Assembly: GCA_965219095.1 (NCBI GenBank)
Contig: CBDCMT010000001.1
Coordinates: 1,600,001 to 1,664,000, forward strand
Direction of reading: 5' to 3'
Origin: Bdellovibrionales bacterium
GTDB taxonomy: Bacteria; Bdellovibrionota; Bdellovibrionia; Bdellovibrionales; UBA1609
Length of the DNA stretch: 64,000 nucleotides
The translations under genes and the position numbers were made by a program. How positions within the stretch are numbered: position 1 is the first letter of the stretch; each line of letters starts with the position of its first letter. The notes under the pieces were generated by a model. The model saw nothing but the letters and a program-made list of their open reading frames with translations, was not told the origin of the DNA and did no database searches. Positions 52,904 through 64,000 of the stretch are shown in pieces.

Positions 52904-54312
52904 TACCAATTACAGAAATTAATTCGACATTTTTATGTTCAAATTTAAAATTTTAAAATTGACTTAAGGAAAAGTTTCAATTAGGAGGCTTTAAAAAAGT
53001 TTTTTTTGAAGGGAGGTTGAGTTTTCATAAGATATGTTTATTTTATGTATATCTATTGTTGTGTGAATCGATTGATGGGTTAAAATAAGTGTAAAAAAGT
53101 GAGGTTAAGATGTAAAATGAAAAAAATCAGTTACGCAATTTAATTTATAGGTTCAAATTAATTTACAAGCTTGATTCATCTTGTTGTTTTGTCCAAGATC
53201 GAGTGCATAATTTTTTAATCCTGCCCTCCTGATCGCAAAAAGTATTCCAGGCCTCACAACAAGTATTCAGTATATGGTCATAGTTTTTAAAACATGCATT
53301 CGATAATTTGATCCTTCGTAATTGTTGCCAGACTTGTTCCATGGGATTTAATTCTGGACTATAAGGAGGTAAAGGCATCAGGGATAAATTCTTAGGAACT
53401 ATCAAAGTCTCTGTGGTATGCCAACTGGCTCTGTCCATTAAAACAATTCCATGATAGTTTTCTTGAATATTTTTAGATATCTCATCTAAGTGAATTTGCA
53501 TCATCCCTGAATTACATTCCGGTAAAATCCAAGCACAGCCTTTATCTTTATCCGGACAAACTGCTCCAAAAATATAAGTGGATAAAAATTGTCTTTGCCT
53601 CACAACTCTAGGCTGTGTGCCTTTTCTTGCCCAAATCCTACTCAAAGAACCTTGCTGAGCTTATTCTGCATTCATCCTGCCACCAAATCTCTATTTTATT
53701 AGTCTGAATCTTTTCCTTTATTTTCTCCACCTCTTCTGGAAAATGTTCCTTAAACTGTTCCATAGCTTCTTGTGAAGTTTTAGGATGAAGAGAACGACCA
53801 CTGATCCATACAATATTAAGGCGGTCTAAAGAAACATAAACCCCAGAAAGAGAATAGCAACAGTCAAATTCATTTGCTAAAAGTTCCTGTATTCCCTTTG
53901 CTCCTATGCTTCCTCCTTCTCTCTTGTCTTGAATTTCATCTAACTTGATTTTGAAGTTCTCTTCTTCTGTCACTGGTAAACGAGGCTTGCGCCCTCTGCC
54001 TTCTCGATCTATCAACCCCTCGTAATCAAAGTCTACAAAAAAAGACTGTAACCAGGATTTGATACTGTGACGGTGATACAAAACCATACCTGCTGTTTCT
54101 TGAATCGATTTTCCTTCTTGCATATGCTGCAAAGCTTGGAGTTTTATCTTGATGTTGGCACTTCTTTCTACTTTGTAAGTAGCTAGAAAATCATACCCTT
54201 GAATTTGTGTAACTAAATCTTTTTTCGACACTCTAAAAATTTAACAGAGTTTGATCAAAAAGCCAGGACGCTATGCGTTAAAAGAATGTCGAATTAATTT
54301 TTGGAAATGGTA
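52904..54312 (-). mobile_element. Full-length IS630-family element (frameshifted; ORFs 53638-54231 and 53163-53645)
   Basis: Both TIRs TACCA(A/T)TT(A/C)CA(G/A)AAATTAATTCGACA present; TTA on both flanks; DDE motifs. Confidence 0.95.
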
Positions 54313-54442
54313 TTATGAAAACTTAACCTCCCCTCAAAAGAAGTTTTTTTAAAATCTCTTAACTGAAGCTTTTCCTTAAGTCAATTTTAAAATTTTAAAT
54401 TTGAACATGAAAATGTCGAATTAATTTCTGTAATTGGTATTA

Positions 54443-54606
54443 CAAGACATTTATAGGGATTGTAGAGGGTTTAAACAACAAAGTAAAACTCACTATGAGA
54501 AAATCTTACGGCTTTAGAACCTCTAAAGCTATAAAAATCGCCTTATATCATAACCTTGTAAAACTGCCAGAACCTCCGGGAACCCACAGATTCTTTTGAG
54601 GAGGCT
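54443..54606 (+). mobile_element. ISL3-family 3' fragment with right end
   Basis: Encodes VEGLNNKVKLTMRKSYGFR...ALYHNL.KLPEP.GTHRF; ends ..GAGGAGGC. Confidence 0.85.
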
Positions 54607-54834
54607 AAAACAATTACTATCCATATTTATCTTCCCGTAGTCTATGCTATTGATAGAAAATTACCTTCCAATGAAGTATTAATTCCTCATCTTGACACAC
54701 TTTCTTTTTTACCTCATGAGAGGATTGCTTTGGTCTGGAAGCATACTGGTTCTGTAAAGAACCTGAATTCTGTGGATTTTGGTACTAGGTTTTTATTCGG
54801 CCCTCGTAATACGTCACATTAGTTGGAGGGGATT

Positions 54835-57558
54835 TTACAACTTAAAGCTGTGTGGGATTTCCCGAGTCACATTAAAAGCTTTATAAAGGCTCTTTTGCTT
54901 ACCGGACAACTCTCCTAATCTTGTTTGTCCTGTGGCCAATTTATAGAACTTTAATTTATCTAAAATTTTATAGACCTCTGTTTTTGAAAATTTCTTGTAC
55001 AGATTCTTTTCTTTCATCACATTGTTTATGTGAGAGATTAAAATTAAAGCTATAAAGTTAATAAATAAACTTCCTCTCATGGTTTGTAGCGAATGAGTCC
55101 TCGCTCGCTTTTCATTTATATCATGCTTGAAAGACAAAAAAATCTTTTCAATGCTATCTTTGTTTCTATACAACTCTAAGATCTCATCTTTTGAAAGCTT
55201 TTGATCGCAATCGGTAAGTAAAATCAACACACCCATTTTTCGCATCTGCTTTTTAATATAATCCAAATCTTTCGAAATAAAAAAACCTCCCTTTTTCTTG
55301 ACAACTGTAAAGCGCTTCTTGGCACTCTTTAAGGTTTCTGCTATGCACTCATCGCACTCTTTCTTTGTCCTAAATTTCTTCTTAGAAAATCTTCGCTCAA
55401 AATAATCCAACTTCAATAGCATTTCATTTTTTTTAGACACCCTTCTCTTTTCATCCAAATATATAGTGCTTCCGTTTAGGTTTTCAGGTTCCTAAGATGG
55501 AGAAGTTATCAGTTATCAAAGTTTCTAATTTAGATCTGTGTTTTCGTATTCCTCTAAAAAATTGACTTAAACTTCCCTTGAAATCGTCATAGTTTTCATA
55601 ATATCGATTCGCCGTGACTTCTTTTTTCATAAACTTCCAAAGTCTTTCTATAGGATTTAAATTCGGTGAGTACGGAGGAAGATAAACAAGTTTTATATTC
55701 AACTCTTTCGCGAACTTCTTGACAGACTTCGATCTATTGTATCCGGCCCCATCTAAGATAAGATGAATCTCTTTTTCATCGGAATACTTCTTAATGAATA
55801 TGATAGAGCATATCACATAGAAAAACTTCGTTAACTGTCTTATAACTCCTGACTACCGTCTTCAAACTATTGATCTCAATAGCTCCACAAACATTCACTC
55901 TTTTTCTCCAGCCTGAATTGGTCTTCACTTCAAACTTCTTACTCTCTCTTATCCAACCATATGAAATCGTAGGGCCCCACTCAGGATGTGTGGAATCAGC
56001 AAAGTAAACAGGACCGTCTTTCTTCTTAATTCTCTTGTATTTACGCACAAACTTTTTCTGCTCTTCTCTCTTTGCCTTACCCGGTATCGCTGTGGCTTTT
56101 TTATAAGAAAAACCAAGGCGATGGAGAAGATCAATTACACCACTTGTTAAAGTACGTAACACCAAAATTCTCCTCAATGAACTGAATAAGGGCCTGTGAT
56201 GATGGAAAAATTCTTTTCTCTAATTCCTTTAAAAGCATTTTCTCCTCTTTCTTAGTTAAAAAGGACCTTTTAGGGTTGTAATTGTCGTTGATTAAGCACT
56301 CTATCCCGCCTTTGTTATAACGATCTCTACAGGCTCTTATCGTGCCCTCATCAATGAAAAGAAAACGGGAAATATCTTTACACAACTCACCTTTATCTAA
56401 ATGGAGAATTGTCATAATCCTTTTTCCGTACCTAAGATTTCTTTCTAAAGATAGTTCATAGAGTAAATCTTTTCGCTCTTTTTTTGATAGAAACCCTGAC
56501 ATATGAAACTATTTTTAAAAATAAATGACTTTTTATCAAGGCCTTAGAATAAAAACTAGACCTCAACTCAAAAAAAACGGAAAACCTAAGCGGAAGCACT
56601 ATATATGAGCCATACAACGAGTCTTTCCAATTTTAATTTCTCGTTTGCAGTAAGAATAAACTTGACCACGGAATACAAACGAAGAGGGAATTGAATCAAG
56701 CTCCTTACTCACAGATCCCAATAAAGCATGGGATAGACTCGTACTAAAGCTCATAGGGACGATATACGATGAAGCCTCCCTGTTTAAATCTTTTATGTTT
56801 TCTTGGCTGTAAAACCCTTTATCTAAAACAAAACACTTCAAATCTAAATCGTATTCCTTGGCTAACTGTAACACGCTCCTTAATGACACAACATCAGTAA
56901 TACTGCCCGGATACAATCGATAACCCAAAGGAAGGCTTGAACTTCCTTTGCCTAAACCTTCCTTGCTCTGACTTAAAACTCCTAAATTGACTTGATCCAA
57001 AGACTCACCATCTCGATTATAACCCCTTTCTAAAAACTCATTCTCAACACCATAAGAAGATATAGATGTAATATCAAACATAAAAACTCTGGAGCTTTCT
57101 CTGTGTACACCAATCCACTCCATAAAAAATCTCTCCACTCTCTGCTCGTCTAAACCTATAGATAAAAGAAAATTACTTATGTCCGGTGAATTAAGACAAT
57201 TCTTGGAAGAAACAAAGGATTCTTGACACCAATACGGATAAAGATAATAAGCTTCCCCCCTAATCACTTTAAAAAAAGACAAATAAAGAACCTTCTCATA
57301 TTCTTTCGGAAAAACTTTCTTTAACACCTTCACTAAATTTAATTGCTTGCTGATCTCTCGCAAAAGATGCACCCCCCCAACACCTACAGAACCTATAGGA
57401 TGTTTGTTCAACTTGGCTTCAAGCTTCCCCGTAGATTGATTCTTCTTGCCCAAATAAACTCTTCTCTGACGAGATTGTTTTTTTTCTTTGTCCCAGTAAC
57501 TGCTTATCTCATACACATAGATGCTTCCATTTCTTTTCTCTTCATACCTATAAGACAT
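54835..57558 (-). pseudogene. IS1634-family transposase interrupted by an IS630 insertion
   Basis: FDITSISSY, GYNRD, YPGSITDV, LDKGFYS, YRNKDSIEKIF..FK. The halves rejoin as AHIYLDEK once 55464-56601 and one TA are removed. Confidence 0.9.
55464..56601 (-). mobile_element. Second IS630 type, transposase split into three ORFs
   Basis: TIRs TAGTGCTTCCG(T/C)TTAGGTTTTC; TA duplication; FADSTHP, LDGAGY, LPPYSPNLNPIERLW. Confidence 0.95.
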
Positions 57559-58127
57559 AGTTCAAATTGAACTATGTTTTAGGGGCTTTGTCAACTCCCT
57601 GTTGATGGCTCAAAACTCTTAACGACAGGATCAAATTTCAATCCAAAAACAGAGCCTATGAAAAACATAGCTTTAAAAAGACCTATAAAAATAGTGTGTT
57701 ATAAGTTCTCCAGAAAAACTCAATGAGACTAAATTAACTCGTTCTTATGATTTATCAGGAGTATTCTGTTGAAAAAAAACAGGCTCTTAGTCCTGAAACC
57801 TAGTATCAAAATTAACAGATTTCAGGTAAAGAAGTGTCCAAGTTATTATTTTGGAGAGGATGAAGGTAGCTGGTGGGCGAGTTGGAAGAGAGGATATAGC
57901 TTTGGTTTTGAAGAGATCATCAATAATGATGGTTTTATGCCAGAGGAGTTTAGGAATAGAGAGTTTGAATTCAGTTGTAATGGTGAATATTATAAGGGCA
58001 AACTTTGCTCAAGAATACGAGTTAACTTTATAGAAGAATAATCGCTTCTAAATTTTGACACTGCTAAGTGTTTGTAAAGAGTCTAAACTAAGACGAGTGT
58101 AACTATCCAGTATTTGACAAATATCAA

Positions 58128-58739
58128 TTATTCTAACATTTTCAATACTTTATGACGAATAGCTATATCCTTATCCTTAACAGCTTTTGAAAGATAGTGG
58201 GTATATCCAGGAACATTCCACAAAAAAAGCAATTTCACAATATGTTTTCTAATCCATAAACTTTTAGACCCTCTAAAATTGATAGGATCATAAAGAGCCC
58301 TCCATAAGTGAGGTGAATCTTCTAAAGGCTTCCCATGCTGGGAGAGGGTTTTAACAGAGGTTGTTCTTACAATGAGAGAAGAATCTTTAAGGAAGAAGAG
58401 AGCGTATTTTCTAGCTAAAAGAGGATTAGTGTAAGAAAAACTTACAAGGCATGCATTCTTCATAAACCATTCTTTAGACGTACAGGTTTGTAAGAGAATG
58501 TTGTGGCTTTTTTTAGGGAACAAAAGGGCTAGAGACATTATAGCTTTCCACCTCATATCTAAAGTTTCATTTTTACTTTGAGATATTTTTTTGAGATCTA
58601 AGAAAGTCTTATGATCTTTTTTTAAGGTATGGGTACGTAAACTAAAAGGTAGCTTTAAGATACCCCTTAGGGAAGCAGTGGTTTCATATTTTGCACAAAC
58701 CCCTAAAGAAACAAAAAACACAAAGAAAAACAACCTCAC
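58128..58739 (-). CDS. Secreted HEAT-repeat-like protein
   Basis: Signal peptide; MRWKAIMSLA, EWFMKNA.L, D.SLIVR.....L, WIR..IV repeats. Confidence 0.75.
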   Translation of the reverse strand: MRLFFFVFFVSLGVCAKYETTASLRGILKLPFSLRTHTLKKDHKTFLDLKKISQSKNETLDMRWKAIMSLALLFPKKSHNILLQTCTSKEWFMKNACLVSFSYTNPLLARKYALFFLKDSSLIVRTTSVKTLSQHGKPLEDSPHLWRALYDPINFRGSKSLWIRKHIVKLLFLWNVPGYTHYLSKAVKDKDIAIRHKVLKMLE

Positions 58740-58817
58740 TCACTTATCCTACCCATTTTTCTTTTTAAAGTCGATCAAAAGCTAGCCTTTTGTAAGTTTG
58801 TATGATAGATTTTATTT

Positions 58818-60143
58818 ATGAAAAGATTCACATTGAAGGACGCAACCCTAGCCCTATGGTCAGGTGAAAAGCATAAGATTGTTTTAGAAAAACAAGATCT
58901 TGTGATTGAAGGAGGGAAGATTGTAAAACGAGGCCATAATTTAAATGAAGGAACATGCATGTCTCTAAAAGGGCTTCATATACTACCAGGCCTTATTGAC
59001 ACTCAAGTTCATTTTCGTGAACCAGGGCATCCAGAAAAAGAGAGTTTTGAAACAGGAACTTTAGCTTCTCTTTCAGGAGGTGTGACTTCTGTTTTAGATA
59101 TGCCGAACACCTCTCCCCCCACCATCACAAAAGAGGCTTTGGAAGATAAAGTGAAAAGAACAAAAGATCGCATTTGGTGTCATATGGGGTTTTTTTTAGG
59201 GGCATGTTCTGAAAATGCTCACTTTTTAAATAAAATAGAAACACAAGAAGGTTGTTGTGGTGTAAAAATCTTTATGGGCTCTTCCACAGGGAATCTTTTA
59301 TTAGAAAATGATAAGGATTTAGAAACAGCCTTTAAAACGTCTAAAAAAAGAATAGCTCTCCATTGTGAAGATGAAAAACGTTTAAAACAACGGTTTTGTT
59401 TTGCAGAAAAAAATAAGGTTCAAACACATCCTGTTTGGAGAGATGTAAAAACAGCTTTAAACGCAACTCAAAAAGCCGTTAAGCTGGCTATGAAACACAA
59501 AAGACCCATTCATATTCTTCATGTAACAACTTTAGAGGAGATAGATTATCTTAAAGATTTTAAACAGTGGGTGTCTGTAGAATGCACTCCTCAGCACTTA
59601 ACCCTACAAGCTCCTGAATGCTATGAACTCTTAGGAACAAAAGCTCAAATGAATCCTCCTATACGTTTTCAGCAGCATAAAAAAGCTCTTTGGAAAGGAA
59701 TTCACTCAGGTGTTATCGATGTTATAGGCTCTGATCATGCTCCCCACACTTTAGAGCAAAAAAGAAAACCTTATCCCGAATCCCCTTCAGGAATGACAGG
59801 AGTGCAAACAACCCTCCCCCTTTTACTTAATTACTGCTATGAAAATAAACTTTCTTTAGAAAAAATTGTAGAACTTATGGCTGAAAATCCCTGTAGGCTT
59901 TATAACATTCTAAACAAAGGGCGTATTGAAATAGGATATGATGCTGATCTTACAGTTGTTGATCTTAAAAAGAAAAAAACTATTGAAAACAAATGGATTC
60001 GTAGCCGTTGTGCTTGGACTCCTTTTGATGGCATGAAAGTTACAGGCTGGCCTGAGATGGTTTTTATTAAAGGAAAAAAAGCTATGGAGCGGGAACATAT
60101 TTTAGGCGACCCTAAGGGTGAAATTTTAAAATTTTCTCACTAA
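58818..60143 (+). CDS. pyrC: Dihydroorotase
   Basis: ID.QVHFREPG, GGVT...DMPNT.P, HCED, NPPIR, IGSDHAPH, GYDADL. Confidence 0.92.
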   Translation: MKRFTLKDATLALWSGEKHKIVLEKQDLVIEGGKIVKRGHNLNEGTCMSLKGLHILPGLIDTQVHFREPGHPEKESFETGTLASLSGGVTSVLDMPNTSPPTITKEALEDKVKRTKDRIWCHMGFFLGACSENAHFLNKIETQEGCCGVKIFMGSSTGNLLLENDKDLETAFKTSKKRIALHCEDEKRLKQRFCFAEKNKVQTHPVWRDVKTALNATQKAVKLAMKHKRPIHILHVTTLEEIDYLKDFKQWVSVECTPQHLTLQAPECYELLGTKAQMNPPIRFQQHKKALWKGIHSGVIDVIGSDHAPHTLEQKRKPYPESPSGMTGVQTTLPLLLNYCYENKLSLEKIVELMAENPCRLYNILNKGRIEIGYDADLTVVDLKKKKTIENKWIRSRCAWTPFDGMKVTGWPEMVFIKGKKAMEREHILGDPKGEILKFSH

Positions 60144-61265
60144 ACGTGCACCATAAAATCCATCATATTCATCAGGCCAAGAGAAGAACTCTTCTTCTAA
60201 GGACCAATAAGGCTTGTTTTTTAAAAATTCTCTAATGACTTGTGTGTTTTCGGAAGGCAAAATACTGCAAGTTGCATAAACCATTTTACCTGAGACTTTA
60301 ACCACTTTTTCATAATTATAGAGAATATCTTTTTGTGTTTTATTTAGACTTTGTAAATCCTTTTCCAGTAGTTTCCATTTGATATCAGGTTTTCTTCTTA
60401 AAACACCTAATCCAGAGCAAGGGACATCTAATAAAAGTCTATCCATAGTTTTTTCAGCTCTTTTAAAAACTTTAGATCTAGCAAGCCTAATGTCAACAAT
60501 ATCTACTCCAGAACGTTTTAATCTTATTTTAAGTTCTTTCATCTTTCTACTTTCAATGTCTGTTGCTAAAATACGTCCCTTGTTTTGCATCAGACTAGCT
60601 AAGTGAAGTGTTTTTCCTCCAGATCCTGCACAAGCATCTAGGACACGCATTTTAGGACGAGGTTCTAAGAAAGGAGCCACTTTTTGGCTGGCTCCGTCTT
60701 GAATTTCAAAATATCCCATCTTAAAATTTTCAGAGAGAAAAACATTCTTTCTTTTTTTAAGTTTTAAAACATAAGCTCCTAACTCCTCTGTTTCAAAACC
60801 TTCGTTTTCAAGGCTTTTTTTTAGAAATTGTAAGTTGGTTTTTAATGTATTGACTCTTAAGTAAACGGAGGACTTTTTATTCAAGGACTTCAAAACATGC
60901 TCTCCTTTTTTTTGGCCTAATTCCTTTATAACCCTCTTGTACATCCAGTCAGGGAAAGATTCTTGGAAAGAAAAAATATTGGGTTTTATTTGAAAACAAG
61001 GATTTTCACATACTTCTAAAAGTCTTTCTAAAATTCTTAAAGAGTAATGGGAAGCTAAATCCTGTTTTATATAAAACAAGAATTTTCTTAGATACCTAAC
61101 CATTTCGTATAAATTCTCTGCTAGAAAACGGCGATCTCTGGAACCTAATTTTTTGTTTTCTTTAAAACATTGCTCTAAGGCTTTAGAAGCATAAAACCCC
61201 TTATTAAAAGTCTGATCCATAAGTTTTAACAGTTGGTGTTTTAAAGCTCTAGGAGTGGTTTTCAT
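60126..61265 (-). CDS. RsmB/NOL1/NOP2-family RNA m5C methyltransferase
   Basis: FEIQDGASQ, DACAGSGGK, DVPCSG.G..RR.PD, YATCS..P.EN. Confidence 0.93.
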   Translation of the reverse strand: MKTTPRALKHQLLKLMDQTFNKGFYASKALEQCFKENKKLGSRDRRFLAENLYEMVRYLRKFLFYIKQDLASHYSLRILERLLEVCENPCFQIKPNIFSFQESFPDWMYKRVIKELGQKKGEHVLKSLNKKSSVYLRVNTLKTNLQFLKKSLENEGFETEELGAYVLKLKKRKNVFLSENFKMGYFEIQDGASQKVAPFLEPRPKMRVLDACAGSGGKTLHLASLMQNKGRILATDIESRKMKELKIRLKRSGVDIVDIRLARSKVFKRAEKTMDRLLLDVPCSGLGVLRRKPDIKWKLLEKDLQSLNKTQKDILYNYEKVVKVSGKMVYATCSILPSENTQVIREFLKNKPYWSLEEEFFSWPDEYDGFYGARLVRKF

Positions 61266-61275
61266 TTTGTAAAAA

Positions 61276-61875
61276 CTAGAAATTAAAAAGAAGACCTATA
61301 GAAGTGTAAAACCCTTTAAACTCACCTTCTGAAATCAAGTGTACATGACCTGTATAACCTGTTTCCACAAATGTTCCCACTGATCCAAAGACTTCAAAAA
61401 ATCTAAGACCTGCAAACAAATGATAATTAAGGGCTAGAAAAGACTTATCCTTCACTTGAGATAAAATAGCACCTAAACCAAATCCTCCTCCTAGGTAGAG
61501 AGGAAAGCGACCTTGAGTTGAAGGAATTAAAAATAGAGGGGATAAGGAGAATTGCTTAGGAGAATCTTTGGGTAAGTTATAGTTTGTATAATTAAAGCGA
61601 ATTAACATGTCCATAATATGAAGCCATTCCCCTAAGAGGTAAGTCATTCCTAAGAGTATTTTTCCTTTGTTACTCTCCTCTGTATCTGACCAACGAGTGG
61701 CTGTATCTTTCAAGAAAAGCCCCATATGAAGAGCAAAAAAATACCTCGATTGTAAATGTGCATTATTCACAGCTCTAGCCTTAAAATAACTGTCAGAAAC
61801 TTCTGTCCCTACTTCTTCAACAGCCCAGACCTTAAAACTCAATAAACAGAAGATAAGAAGTAAAAAATACCTCAT
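61276..61875 (-). CDS. Putative outer-membrane beta-barrel protein
   Basis: Signal peptide, amphipathic strands (PLYLGGGFG), terminal Phe. Confidence 0.7.
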   Translation of the reverse strand: MRYFLLLIFCLLSFKVWAVEEVGTEVSDSYFKARAVNNAHLQSRYFFALHMGLFLKDTATRWSDTEESNKGKILLGMTYLLGEWLHIMDMLIRFNYTNYNLPKDSPKQFSLSPLFLIPSTQGRFPLYLGGGFGLGAILSQVKDKSFLALNYHLFAGLRFFEVFGSVGTFVETGYTGHVHLISEGEFKGFYTSIGLLFNF

Positions 61876-61971
61876 ATTTTATAAATGACATTATTTCAGG
61901 TAAAAGTCCTTTTATGACTTTATGAGTCAAACTCTTTACTCTTAGCACAATTAGGTTTAGTCATGTAATCT

Positions 61972-62391
61972 ATGGTTTTTTATCGGAGAAAAGCTAGAGA
62001 AATGACTCTACAGATTCTTTTTCAAAAAGAGTTTACTGACACAAAATGGAATGTATCTTTGGATTATTTTGTGAAAAAACTAAAGATTCATAAAAAAACA
62101 TCAGAGTACGCTCAAGTTCTTTTAACTCAAATCTTAAAAAACCAAGACATACTTAATGAAATCATTACCAAAGCCTCTTACTCTTGGAAACTTCACAGAA
62201 TGTCTCTTATTGATTTAAATATTCTACGTATGTCAATTTCTGAATTGATTTATTTTAAAGAAGAAATAGCTCCTCAAATTGTTATCAATGAAGCTATTGA
62301 AATTGCTAAGAAGTACGGAACAAAAAAATCTCATGTATTTATTAATGGCATCTTAGACCGAATATACAAACAAGATTCTCTTTGTATATGA
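61972..62391 (+). CDS. nusB: Transcription antitermination factor NusB
   Basis: RRKARE..LQ.LFQ, W...R...ID..ILR, INEAIEIAKKYG....FINGILD. Confidence 0.96.
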   Translation: MVFYRRKAREMTLQILFQKEFTDTKWNVSLDYFVKKLKIHKKTSEYAQVLLTQILKNQDILNEIITKASYSWKLHRMSLIDLNILRMSISELIYFKEEIAPQIVINEAIEIAKKYGTKKSHVFINGILDRIYKQDSLCI

Positions 62392-62768
62392 AAGACTTTG
62401 TACATCTTCCTTCATCTCAAGCTCTTATTCATGGTTGTGATCTTTGGGTTTTACCTCCACCTAAGGAAAGTCTTTGGACTAAAGAGATTGATTTTTATTT
62501 AAATTTTCAAATTTCTAAGACCTTTGATCCAAAAACTCCCCTTCTTATACTATCTTTAAATCGACTTCCCTCAAAAAAAAATATTGTTTTTTCTTTCTTT
62601 TCAAATGGATCTGAAATTATCTATAAAAAATGGCTTCACTTGCAAAAACCTTCTATGAGAATTTTCCTTCCCTTTTTTTTGACCTTTAAAGATGTTTTTG
62701 GCTTATTTTCACACTTTCACTTTAAAATACAGTTCGTAGAAGAGAAAAAAGACTGTGAAAAAAGATAG
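62382..62768 (+). CDS. Hypothetical protein
   Basis: ORF tightly packed between nusB and ppsR. Confidence 0.65.
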   Translation: MYMKDFVHLPSSQALIHGCDLWVLPPPKESLWTKEIDFYLNFQISKTFDPKTPLLILSLNRLPSKKNIVFSFFSNGSEIIYKKWLHLQKPSMRIFLPFFLTFKDVFGLFSHFHFKIQFVEEKKDCEKR

Positions 62769-63603
62769 ACAAAAAAATCTTTTTATTGTTTCTGACGGAA
62801 CAGGGGAAACGGCTGGTTCTATGACACGAGCTGCTCTTATACAATTTCTCTCTCCTCAAGTGAAAATCGTTCGTTATAAAAATGTGAGAACGACTGAAAA
62901 AATTGAAGCTCTCATTAAAGAAGCTCTTTTTGAAAAGGGATTGATCATTTATACTATTGCTAAAAACAAAATAAGGGATGAGTTAATAAGAAAATGTAAG
63001 AAGCATAAAATTCCTTTTGTCGATCTTTTAGGCCCTCTTCTAGAAAATTTAAAACGTTATTTAGGTACAGAATTAAAAAAGGATATACAGTCAGGATTAC
63101 TTCACAACGTAGATGAAAAATACTTTAAAAGGATTGAGGCTATCGAATATACCGTACGTCATGATGACGGCAATCTTCCAGAGGGTTTAAAAGATTCTGA
63201 TCTTGTCCTTGTAGGAATCAGCCGTACATCTAAAACTCCTCTCTCTATTTTTTTAAGCCATAAGGGTTGGAAGGTTGCCAACATTCCTTTAGTTTTTAAC
63301 ACTCCTTTACCTAAAGAGCTTTATGCAATCGATCAAAAAAGAATTGTGGGCCTCATAATCGATCCTGATGCTTTATATAAAATTCGTACAAAGAGAATAC
63401 AGAAGTTCAAAAAAACACCTTCTAATGATTATGCTGATTTAAGATACATACAAAAAGAAATGGATTATGCTTTAAGTATTTTTTCAAGAAACAGAAAATG
63501 GCCTGTGTTCAATGTTACAGATAGGGCTCTAGAGGAAACAGCTAGTGAAATTCTTTCTGTTATTTCAGAAAGATTAAATTTGGATTCTGACAATCTTCTA
63601 TAA
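62755..63603 (+). CDS. ppsR: Pyruvate/PEP dikinase regulatory kinase-pyrophosphorylase
   Basis: VSDGTGETA, YF.RIEAI.Y...HDDG, G.SRTSKTPLS..L...G.KVAN.PL. Confidence 0.95.
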   Translation: MKKDRQKNLFIVSDGTGETAGSMTRAALIQFLSPQVKIVRYKNVRTTEKIEALIKEALFEKGLIIYTIAKNKIRDELIRKCKKHKIPFVDLLGPLLENLKRYLGTELKKDIQSGLLHNVDEKYFKRIEAIEYTVRHDDGNLPEGLKDSDLVLVGISRTSKTPLSIFLSHKGWKVANIPLVFNTPLPKELYAIDQKRIVGLIIDPDALYKIRTKRIQKFKKTPSNDYADLRYIQKEMDYALSIFSRNRKWPVFNVTDRALEETASEILSVISERLNLDSDNLL

Positions 63604-63747
63604 AAGCGTGTCTTTACTTATTTGTTAAAAATAGGCTTGCTAAAGGGCCTATAATTTGTCTCAAGAAGTCCTGCCTTCTATTTTAAGGATTATTATGATG
63701 TCTTATACTGGTAGCCTGTTCTTTCTATTTACCGAAAAGAACTTTTA

Positions 63748-64000
63748 TCAATAAGAAACCTTGTTACGTCCGCCTTCTTTAGATTGATAGAGATAAGAAT
63801 CAGCCCTATCAAACATATCTTTCCACTCTTTATCTTCTGGCTTCATATCAGTTACACCAAAGGACACTGTTATAGAAAACTCTTTATCTTGAAATTTAAA
63901 AATATGATTTTGAACCAGAGTTCTCATCTTTTCAGCTTTTTTCACGGCTTGCTCTAAGCTAGTTCCTGTCAAGAGAATACAGAACTCTTCTCCTCCGAAG
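63748..64000 (-). CDS. Diguanylate cyclase, C-terminal part (gene continues beyond the window)
   Basis: The window edge reads FGGEEFCILL, followed by ITVSFGV, RAD..LY.SK.GGRN.V. Confidence 0.92.
   Translation of the reverse strand, partial: FGGEEFCILLTGTSLEQAVKKAEKMRTLVQNHIFKFQDKEFSITVSFGVTDMKPEDKEWKDMFDRADSYLYQSKEGGRNKVSY

Noticed and set aside
57769..58041. 90-aa ORF after the IS1634
   Set aside because: It begins across a probable IS-end fragment (CCTAGTATCAAAAT, inverted relative of ~54770-54789); likely a gene remnant that I cannot assign.

Overview
Low-GC bacterial chromosomal window, most likely Bdellovibrionota/Oligoflexia (inferred from a TIGR02147-type HTH protein, a prepilin-type giant protein, PhaR, and the ppdK/ppsR and prkA-yeaH-spoVR genes). 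Housekeeping blocks are csrA, aroC, prpDBC, TPR-lolB-like-prkA-yeaH-spoVR-bfr, ppdK, pyrC, rsmB-like, nusB, ppsR and a partial GGDEF gene. They alternate with dense, nested and mostly broken insertion sequences (IS66, two IS630 types, IS5/IS427, IS110, IS982, IS256, ISL3, IS1634, IS3 and IS30 remnants) and their MITEs. A 23S-5S rRNA unit is present with no 16S or tRNA upstream. The most interesting candidates are: (1) an NYN/PIN RNase gene preceded by a compact structured, terminator-ended RNA, resembling an RNA-antitoxin module; (2) an 1848-aa pilin-like protein with exactly 28 RCC1 blades (4x7) inserted into it; (3) a secreted alpha-dioxygenase-like peroxidase paired with a catalase-fold protein (possible oxylipin pathway); (4) a leaderless, operator-controlled nucleotidyltransferase + wHTH pair; (5) a duplicated IS110 left end with a bridge-RNA-like fold; (6) 26-38 bp fused-end palindromes derived from three unrelated IS families. 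No CRISPR array or tRNA was seen. All family assignments come from motif recognition by eye, not from database searches.
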